Below are positions 1-64,000 of a stretch of DNA of 64,000 nt, one piece after another. Origin of the DNA: Chrysomallon squamiferum (Eukaryota > Animalia > Mollusca); contig CM022677.1 of assembly GCA_012295275.1 (NCBI GenBank), forward strand, positions 24,862,001-24,926,000. Reading direction: 5' to 3'. Under the pieces are notes generated by a model that saw nothing but the letters and a program-made list of their open reading frames with translations, was not told the DNA's origin and ran no database searches. The position numbers and the translations under genes were made by a program. The number at the start of each line of letters is the position of its first letter. The stretch's first letter is position 1.

Positions 1-275
1 CACACACACACACAGGCTGAGGTATAAATGCTAACTCATGCTGATGCAGCAACACACACACACACACACAAAAACAAGTGTGTAAATACAAAGATAGTGT
101 GCATTTGTGTTTGTATAGATAGACACACACACACACACACACATATGAAGAAAAACTTAAGACACACTCACTCACACATGCACAAACATACACACACACA
201 CAAAGACAAAAACTAGAAACACCCGTGCAAAAATATAAACAAGAAACATCACACAGGATGCACTGATATGTACTC

Positions 276-318
<43 letters not shown>

Positions 319-349
319 GACAGTAATTATGATGTTGTTTAATTTTCAG

Positions 350-15862
<15,513 letters not shown>

Positions 15863-16418
15863 ACATCCACAGAATTGTTGTTCTTTTTTTTATTTTTGTT
15901 TGTTTATTTGACGTTTATCACTGTTTGTTTGTTCACGTATTTCTCTTTAATTTGTTGTTTTATATTTATTTAACTTCAGTTTTTGTTGTTGTGTCTCTGC
16001 TGTTCTTGAAGATCCAAAATTGTAATTTATTTTTCTGTTTGTTTATAATGTATGTGCAACTTCTCTATTTATTTATTTGTTTGTTTGTTTATTTGCTTAT
16101 TTATTTATTTATTTATTTATTTATTTTTTGTTTTTTTTGTCTTATATCTTTGTTGAAGATCAAAATCAAAATTTATTTTTCTTTGTTTATAATGTGTGAG
16201 TATAATAATTTTTCACTATTTATTTTTTTTATTTATGTTTTATCTGGATGATGGTACTTCTTTTGGTTGAATACCAAACCATAATTTATTTTTCTTAGTT
16301 TATAATGTACATGCATTACAGCTGTAAGTATAATAAGGTTTTACTGATTGCTTGTTAATTTTATTTGTCTGTTTCTTTTATGATTATTTAGAGTTGTATT
16401 TCCTACTACTCCCCCAAT

Positions 16419-16507
<89 letters not shown>

Positions 16508-19500
16508 CACTATCTATCTATCTATCCCTCTTTCTCTCTACAACTACCATAAATAGGATCACAACAGTATAAAAATGGACCAGAATTTCCAGTTTGCTCT
16601 TAATCTTGGTCTTTGTCCAACCACCTCAGTATTCACACTGTTTCAGTACCTTAATGTCAGTCCCTCTCACTAGGAATCCCTAACATTCCTTCTCAGGAGT
16701 ATACTCCTTGTGTTGCAGATAAAAAAAATATTAAAATAAATTAATTGATCGCTGTGATAATCTTATCATATTTATAATATTGATGGTTGTTGGTATTAAT
16801 TTATATTTATTTATGGTTGTATTTTATTAAACTTTTAATTAAAAAATAAAGTATAATCATTTTGTGATAAATTTGTAAACACTTTGCTATCAGAATGTCA
16901 GATGTTACAGGTGTGGGTTCAGTTTATGTGTATGGGCTGGATACAATGTTGTACCTGAGGATACATTGTTGTACCCGAGCCTCCACTGAATACAAAATTG
17001 GCTGATTGGTTTTGTTTACAGTTCCTAAAATTTTTACAGTTTATTCTCGTTTATTTATCTTTGTTCATTGCACATTTCATTTAATTGCAAACTATCATAT
17101 TCATGACACACAAATAAATACCATGTTAAAAACTGAATTATTATAATTTATCCCAAACAAATTTTCTAATGTGATTCATTGGTCTTCATTAATTGCAAAT
17201 TATTAATTTTAAAAAAAATATATCATTCAGTTTTGTGAATACCAAATTTCCAAAATATTTTATCATAATTTACAAAAACAAATTTCTGATAATTTGGTAT
17301 GTAAAATTTTTGGTGATTATAATTTACAGTTCTTTAAATTTTGAACCTATTATTGTTTTGTTGACGAATTTGAATGTGACCCTCTTTTGGAATATTTCTC
17401 TGTCAGTTGATAGAATTGAAAAAAACAAACAAAAATTGTTTTATTATTATTTTTATTGGTAGTTGTTGCTATAGCTTTTTAGGTTTTAATATTAGTATTA
17501 ATAGCAGTAGTAGTAGTAGTAATATTAGCAGTAACAGTGGTTGTAGAGTGGTACTAATATTGGTTCATTTTATTTTCTTCTTAGACAGAATTAAATAAAA
17601 GCTACAACTTGATATATTTTGTGTTAAGATTATTATATATGTATGTGTATATGTTTGTGTTTTTGTGTGTCTGTGTTTGTATGTTCACACTTTCGTTGTA
17701 TCTCACTACAGAATGCAAACTTGTCACATAACATTGATGAACCAGCTGTTAACAAAGAGGTCTGTGTCAGTATGTTTGTAACACACTCAAAAAGAGACAA
17801 ACACTAAACATTGCATCATCATAGCTCAAAAAGTAACGTTGGTACTACAAAAATGTTATGAAATTAAGATACGACAAATACTATACTTCACTGTATCAGT
17901 GGTAATTCCCACACAACCACACATCTCCTCATATATCAAACAAAAGGAACACACTTCAAGTTGACACTTGTATGTTAAACAACACAAGAATATACTGACA
18001 TTTCATGTTGATGATAGTACATTAACTGCAAGAAGCTACTGATACCACATTCCAAATTATACTTTTCATAATTTATAACAAACAACACAAGAAGGTATAT
18101 CAAACACAACACAGCACATTACTGACACTAAGTTGACACTTGTCAAACACAAGATGTTAAACCACACTCCAGACTAAAACTTGCCTATCAAACACAAAAT
18201 GTTACCGACACTAACCATTCTTCAAATTAATATTCATATTTCAAACACAACACAAAAAGCTATTGCTATCAACCATACTTCAACTGACACTCGTTTGAAA
18301 CTTAACACAAAATTTGTCTGACACTAACTGCATTTCGAGATGACATCTTATATCAAACATAAGATGTTACTAACACCAACCATACTTCAAGCTGACAGTT
18401 GTATCAAAATCATACTGAATGGTTCCAGAATTTGTAATCACTGATGATTAACAATAACATGACTGGTACATAAACAAGTGATATAATAAATAACACAATT
18501 TACATAAATGAATAAATAAAACACAGAACTCAAATAATTCTTTTTTTGTTATTTTATTCAGTAACTAACTGAGACACATAAGTCAACCAGCAACAAGATA
18601 AAAATAAAAAAATTAAAAAAATTATAAAGATTTAACCTGAAGATAAAAAGAAAAAGAATAAGAAAAGCAGAAAGACAAACAAGGGTAAGTGATTATCATC
18701 TGGTACAAGTAAACAAATGATCAGGTTTTGCAAAATATTTTTATTTTATTTTATCAGAAATATTGACAAAAAGAATGTTATTATATAATAGATAAAGAGG
18801 TTTTACAGGTTAAAAGAAAAGAAATGTTGATAATACTGCAATGCCTGCAAAATAGAACCACACAATTTATAAACTGTTTCTAATGCCAAATTATTTTTTT
18901 TTTTCCACCACCATTTAAAAAAAGCATTAGTAAGATAAACAGATAGGAAAAGCAAGATGGAGAATTATCAATACTAACAACTTAATATGCTAAACTTAGT
19001 CTCAGTGAAACCTGATGAATAAATAAATAAATAAATAAATAAGAAATGCATTGAGAATTATCAATAATAACAACTTAAAATGCTAAACTTTGTCTCTGTG
19101 AAACCTGGTGAATAAATAAATAAGAAATACACTGAGAATGATCAGTAATAACAACTCAGTATGCTAAACTTTGTCTCAGTGAAACCTAGTGAATAAATAA
19201 ACAAATAAATAAACAAATAAATAAATAAATAAATAAGAAATACACTGAGAATGATCAGTAATAACAACTCAGTATGCTAAACTTTGTCTCAGTGAAACCT
19301 AGTGAATAAATAAATAAATAAATAAGAAATACACTGAGAATTATCAATAATAACAACTTGTTCTCAGTGAAACCTGGTGAATAAATAAATAAACAAATAA
19401 ATAAATAAATAAATAAGAAATAACACTGACAATGATCAGTAATAACAACTTAATATGCTAAACTTGTTCTCAGTGAAACCTGGTGAATAAATAAATAAAT

Positions 19501-19683
19501 AAATAAATAAATAAGAAATACACTGAGAATTATCAATAATAACAACTCAGTATGCTAAACTTGGTCTCAGTGAAACCTGCTGAATAACCAAATAAATAAA
19601 TAAATAAGAAATACCACTGAGAATGATCAATAATAACAACTCAATATGCTAAACTTGTTCTCAGTGAAACCTGGTGAATAAAA

Positions 19684-19714
<31 letters not shown>

Positions 19715-20155
19715 GAAATACACTGAGATTTATCAATAATAACAACTTAATATGCTAAACTTTGTCTCAGTGAAACCTGCTGAATAACCAAATAAACAAA
19801 TAAATAAATAAATAAGAAATACACTGAGAATTATCAATAATAACAACATATGCTCAACTTTGTCTCAGTGAAACCTGGTAAATAAATAAACAAATAAATA
19901 AATAAATAAGAAATACACTGAGAATGATCAGTAATAACAACTTATTCTTGGTGAAACCTGGTGAATAAATGAATAAATAAATAAATAAACAAACAAATAA
20001 AACAAATAAAACCTAATAAATAAATAAATAAACAGATAAGAAATACCACTGAGAATGATCAATAATAACAACTCAGTATGCTGAACTTGGTCTCAGTGAA
20101 ACCTAGTGATTAAATAAATAAACAAATAAATAAATAAGAAATACGCTGAGAATGA

Positions 20156-38372
<18,217 letters not shown>

Positions 38373-38607
38373 CTTTAAACGTATTTACTTTTCTCAAGAT
38401 TCAAAATTTCACAGAACAAAATCTTCAGCTACGACTGTCACTTTGTCACTTTCGTTTTGTTGTAGTAGTTATTTGACTATTATCGGTGTTCACACACCTC
38501 CTGTATCAAATTATTTACGGTTCCGGCGTTTGCTTAGATGTCAATGTAATTGAATAAAAAGACAAAATAGGAAACGAAAAGAAGAGATTACGATAAGTGC
38601 TAGGACA

Positions 38608-38634
38608 AATGACGTCGGTTATTTACGTCATTGG
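38608..38634. promoter_or_regulatory. Candidate proximal promoter element of ABCA paralog 2: inverted pair of ATF/CREB-type TGACGT cores plus a CCAAT box
   Basis: AATGACGT-CGGTTATTT-ACGTCATT-GG about 240 bp upstream of the ATG, in a locally CpG-richer stretch; function inferred. Confidence 0.4.
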
Positions 38635-40259
38635 TAAGGATTGAAAAGAAAACGCAGTTATGCGCATATGCACACAATAAATATACGGATGTGACTTTTT
38701 CTTTGTTTCTCCCACCCCCTATTATTATTATTATTATTATTATGTTGTTGTTGTTGTTGTTGTTTTAAATAAAAAAGGAAAGTAATATTTTCTATTCGAT
38801 GCATTTTGATTAATTCAAATAAACTATGGAGCAGTACGGAAGTATTGTCGGACACATTAATTATTATATATATCACCCAGTATGAGTAACTGGTCTGTCG
38901 AAGACTGCTGTGTACGTACGTGCGTGCGTGCGTGCATGTGCAGATTCAATGGAACCGTCGGAAGCCTCAACTCGCCAATTATTTATTATTTATTTTATTT
39001 TATTTTATTTTATTTTATTTATTTATGTACTTTTGTTTGTTTACAGTTGTTGTTGTTACTGTTGTTTTGTTTATTTTTCAGCTTAAAGGTTTCCTTTGTT
39101 GAACAGAACATTATATAACCCTCCTTACAAATTAACAAATTCAAAGTACGTGAGCATGTCATAAATAGTTTTAACAACATGAGAAGTACTGATACAAAAA
39201 CAAAAATAAATAAATAATAAAATAAAATATAATTAATTAATAATATAATAATAACGTTAATCTCATAAATTTTTGTATTTTATAAAATCCATCACACACC
39301 CACACACACACACACACACACATAAATAAAAAGGCACTAATTCTGAAACTGTCAAAAGTAGGTCAAAGTTCATAACTAACCGGAAGCCGTTTGGCCCATT
39401 TGGAATCCCGATTGAAATCAATTTACGAAATCTAATGCAAACAACCTAATCTGCCCAACCTTTTCACCTAGTTTCTGAAGAATTTATCATTTTGGGGGTA
39501 ATAACGATGAAGATTATAATTTTTATAACATCTTTTGTTTTCGAAACACGTTCAGTAAATTTTTTAATAGTCCTAATTTCTGAATTTTTTGCAAATGTTT
39601 GTTGTATGTTATTATTATTATGTGCTAGTATCAGTTTGTTTTAATGTCAGTAATTTTTATTTATTTATTTATTTATTTTTTAAATTCAAAAAGGAAACTC
39701 ATTGTTTGCATAGATAATAGCACAGGTTTTAGACGACACATGTTTTTTGTTTTAACGAAAAAAAAAAAAAAAATTAATTTTTCACAAATGTTTTATGCGG
39801 CCGGTTGCCTGACCTTTAACCTTTGCTCGCATCGACACTATTCATTTTTAAAAGTGTGACATTAGTTGTTTTGTTTTCGTTTTTTTAAAATGATTATTAT
39901 TACTTATTATCTCCAATGTTTAATGGATAGTAATAATAATATAAAAACTGCAAAGACAATAATAATGTAAACAAAACAAAAAATAATAAAAAAAAAATAA
40001 AAAATAATAATAAAAAAATAAAAAAAAATAATAAAATAAAATAAAAATACAAACAAACAATGCTAATTTTCAACAAATTTTTTTTTATTGTATTCAAAAC
40101 AAAGTTTTATTTATGCTTACTTATTGTTACTCAATCAATTCACCTCTCAAACCACATCAATGGAAATGTTTTTGTTTTTTTTCACAATTTTGGGTGCTTT
40201 CCCAACTTTAAAACTAATTTAATATTATCAGAAAAAAATAAATAACATATTATTAATAA

Positions 40260-40303
<44 letters not shown>

Positions 40304-40799
40304 GAAGAAGAAGAAGAAGAAGAAGAATATAATAATAAATAGTATTGTTGGCAACTAAAAAAAAAGATTATATTATCTAAGAAGTAAATACACTATTATA
40401 TTTTTCAGTAAACATTTTAAAATAATATTATCATTGGGAAATTAACAATGATTAATATTATTTCTGAATTAGTACAGAAAGTGAGCAGTTAAAAACAATT
40501 TTAAAAACAGGACACACACATACACACACTCACACACACACACACACACACAGCTTTCTCCATTTCCATCAAAACCATAATTTTTATACATCAATATCAA
40601 CATTATATAACCACTTATTAATAATGTTGTAACATCACCAATCTTAAAAAATAAATAAAAATAAATAAACTAAAATAATAAAAAATATATTTATTTGAAT
40701 TTATATTATTATGATAATAATAGTAGATCTTATTTATTAACAATCGATATATTCAATTAATATAATTCTCAATAACATACAAACAGGAACATTAACTTG

Positions 40800-40838
<39 letters not shown>

Positions 40839-41506
40839 TTGAGAAATTATAACAATTACAAAATGTTAATTATATAATACAAATACAAATACTGATTAAC
40901 TTTAAATCTGTGCAGTAAAAATTAAATTATTAACTCTTTATTTATGAATAACTCATTTATTCACATTATTATGCAGTACATATGCAATGCAGTAATGAAT
41001 AATTTTATTACAAATCAATTTTATATTTATTTACACAATATTATAATAACCTGTGTTTAATAATACCTTAAGTAATAACAATAAAATAGTTATAATGATA
41101 GTAGTAATTGCAGAAACAGAAGTACTACTACTAGTACTACTACTACTACTACTACTAATATTAATATTAATAGTAATAGTAATAACAGTAATAGCAATAG
41201 ACATAATTGTTTTAATAGGAAGAAAAAGAATAGCTAGTAGCAGTGGTTGTGGTGATAGTAATAGTAGTAGTAGTAAGAAGTAGCAAGAAGTAGAATAACT
41301 AATGCTAGTGTAATAGTAAGTAGTCATAATAACAAGGACAGTAGTAACCATAGTTATAATAATTAAAAACATATAATAGATGTAATAGTTATCAGAAAAG
41401 TAGTGGTAGTGGTGATAGTAGTAGTGGTTAGTATAATGTTGTGATTACACTTGTAACAGTAGTGATAATATTTGTAGTTATTGTAATATTTGTAATATTG
41501 CTACAA

Positions 41507-41551
<45 letters not shown>

Positions 41552-43022
41552 TATTATTATTATTATTATTGTCTCTAAGAAAAATAAAATCATCATGTTG
41601 GTTATTAATGATGCAATGATGATGTCCCACTAATCAAGAAATTACTCATAGGGTCTATGGACTCTAAAGTCATATATTAATTTTTAAACAAAATCTGTTA
41701 ATTGTAATCAGATGTTCATGGCATCCTTTCAATCAACGTCTCAAATTGCTTGTTACGTTATTAATGACATAATTTGCTTAATAGATTTAATAACAGCGAA
41801 AAAAACAACAATCCCAAAGAACAACAAATCTTTAAAAAAAAACAAATCTCACTGTATCCATTAACTCAGCTAAAACAAACTGCTGATAATATCACAAGAG
41901 ACAGAAACTGTTCAGTATTTTTCACAAACTCACTGAGAACTGCACCAGTGTTTGCCTTACTTGTATGTGACGTTTTGAATCTTTCTTTCTGACTGATTCT
42001 TATGCAGTGGCATAAAGTTGTAACCAGGAAAGAAACACATAAATACTGGTAAATACTTGATAAATGTTTGTGGTTTTGGGGTTTTTTTTTCACACTGGTC
42101 TATTTTATTTTTAATATGTTATTATACAGCATTTTAATTAATGTATAATCTTTTTTGTCATTATTTATTGAATAACATTTTTCGCGTTAAACTTTTTTCT
42201 TCTGTTTATCTTCATCATCAGTTTTATCTTCATTATCAATTTCATCTTCATTTTCTTCTTGTTCTTTGGTCCTCTGAAGAACTTTAGCATCAACTCTGAA
42301 AAATGGATGATTTGTTTATTATATTTTTATTTATTTATTTATTTATACATTTTGTGTGTGCACTTTAGTTCTGGTTCAGTCATAATTACTTGAACAATTT
42401 GTTATCATTGTTATTCATAAAATTGCTGTAGAATATTTACTTGCATACTGTTGTAAAAATAATAAAAATAAATAAATAAATAAATAAATAAAATTAAAAT
42501 TTAAAATAAATAAAATAAACATAAATAAATATATTAATAAATATTAATTCAACCATATAAAATATTAAACAAAAAATTAATTATGTATCAAGGTATTAAA
42601 TACAATATATAAAAAGAACATACTTGCTTAATTAAGTACTGCATAATCAAATAAACACATTAAAAAATATATATATATATATAAAACAGAATACTTAATT
42701 ACATTATGCACTAAATTATGTATCAAAACAAATTAGGTTATTTCTAGCTACAGTGCATGTTATTTCCTGCAGTTAAAATTAAAACAACTGAAAATAATTT
42801 ACTACTGTGCAGTGAAACAAGATGCTTTATGTTAAATATTTCAGACATTCAAGCTTCCTGAAATTAATCACTTGTTGTTCTTATTTTTTTTTTTTTTTTA
42901 TTATTATCTTTATTACTAGTTTTTGTTATTACTGTATTTTATTTATTTATTTATTATTTTTTATTTTTATTATCATTTCATCATCATCATCATCATTATT
43001 ATTATTATTATTATTATCATGA

Positions 43023-43056
<34 letters not shown>

Positions 43057-43097
43057 GATTATCATGATATTGATCATGATTATTATTATTATTATTA

Positions 43098-43131
<34 letters not shown>

Positions 43132-44424
43132 AGTTATCGTTATGAAGAAGCATATATTATGGGGCAACTTTAACTGTAATTACTGAAGTTTTGAAAAAAT
43201 TAATATTTCACAAACAGAACTGATAAATGTGCAATACATTCAGATGAGAAACTACTTTAACTAGAAATGAGAAAAAGATATCAGTGATAGTATACAATAT
43301 TAGACTCAAGCAAAACTGAATAATGGCAAAACTAAAAATGTTAATTAAAAAGCTTAGAAAGCTAAACCATTCATGAGTAATATCACATCCAGAAGTGCTA
43401 TAAATAGTGGCTAACTAGATCAGTTCTTCTATTTTCAATCACTGAACAAAAATACAGCATTTTGGAACGGAAATACATTTACTTAGATAAACTACTGGTT
43501 GTTTGAATATGTATAATGTTCAAAGTTGGCCTTTGGTCTTCAAATACTTGTTTAGAACATAAAACACAATTTTGAAAACATTTTCATTTAAAAAAAACAA
43601 AAAAATAAATTATTATTTAAGAACTACTCTTGAAAGCAGTGTGTTGATAAATAGTTAACAGTTAATTTCATTTAGTTTTTGTTGTTATTATTATTATTTA
43701 GAATTGCAGGATGGAAAAAAAATAATACTGTGTACTGTCTCAAGATATCAGCTGCATCTTGCTAGCTAAGGTCTAAACACATATGCAGCTTGACAAAGCC
43801 TCACTGCTGTTAGGCATTCTAACCTTCACAACTGATATCTTAAGACCACACTCAAATATATAAAATTCTGGAATGTTAAATGCTATAAATGAATGTAAGC
43901 TGGTAATAATCTGAATAAACTGTAAATCGAAAAAAAAAAAAAAATTATTAAATGCATAACTGTTATGTATTCATGCAACAAGATTAAAAAAATAATAAAA
44001 GAAAGAAAAAAAAATTTCTCAAATGTGAAATCATTCATTGTAAATTGTGAAATAATTCAAATCTTAATGTCAAATCATGCAATGGTAATTGTGAAATCAT
44101 TCAAATCAAAGTACAAAAATCGTTAAAATCAAAATGTGAAATATTCAGCTGCAAATGTGAAATCAGTTAACTAACTGTGAAATATTTAACTAGTAACTGT
44201 GAAATACTGAGCTAGTAACTGTGAAATCATTCAGCTGTTAAGGATGAAGTCATGCAGCTATAAATGTGAACTCATTGCAGGCAAACAACGCAAAAATCGT
44301 TTAAATACAGATGTGAAAGCATGCAGCTGTTACTGTGAAACCATCACAAGTGTGGAATCCTGCAGCCTAAAACCATCCAATACCGTAAAGCTGTACCTGG
44401 CAGTCAGGGAGGCCCTGGCAGGAG

Positions 44425-63574
<19,150 letters not shown>

Positions 63575-64000
63575 CTGAAATAAACAAATAAACAAATAAA
63601 TAAATGAGTAAGTAAATGAATTAAGTAAATAAATAAATAAACAAATAAATAAATAAACAAATAAATAAATAAATAAATAAATAAGTAAAAAATAAATAAA
63701 TAAATAAATAAATAAATAAGTAAATAAGTAAGAAGTAAATGAATAAATAAATTATTAAATGAATAAATAATTAAATAAATGAATACATAATTAAATAAAT
63801 AAATAAATAAATAAGCAAGTAAGTAAATAAATGAATAAATAATTAAATGAATCAATAAATAAATAAATAAATAAATAAATAAATATAGAACTCAATAAAT
63901 TAATTAATATTTAAATAAAAATAAATAAAAATAATAATAAGTCAATAAATAAATGTATAAAAAAAAATTAGAAATTATTTTTAAACATTATAACAAAAAA

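Overview
This is AT-rich, microsatellite-dense animal genomic DNA with GT-AG introns; an invertebrate such as a mollusc is plausible but cannot be proven from this window. It holds three spliced genes. (1) ABCA3-like full transporter on + (5' end outside the window, 15 exons, 350-15862). (2) Complete paralogous ABCA3-like gene on - (20 exons, 38372-20156, about 1807 aa), tail-to-tail with gene 1 and sharing its intron positions. (3) PRUNE2/BMCC1-like gene on - (5' end outside the window, 11 exons, 63574-44425): end of the Prune DHHA2 domain, a ~1200-aa acidic exon, then BNIP2 and BCH/CRAL-TRIO domains. An internally deleted Tigger/pogo transposon sits in an intron of gene 1. Six small frameshifts are spread over all three genes, all in short base runs, and are most likely consensus errors. 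The most unusual signal is that several tandem arrays have a gene's own splice site or stop-codon region as their repeat unit, including a 13-copy array of the last codons plus stop of gene 2. Exon coordinates were derived by hand from splice consensus, phase and paralog comparison.
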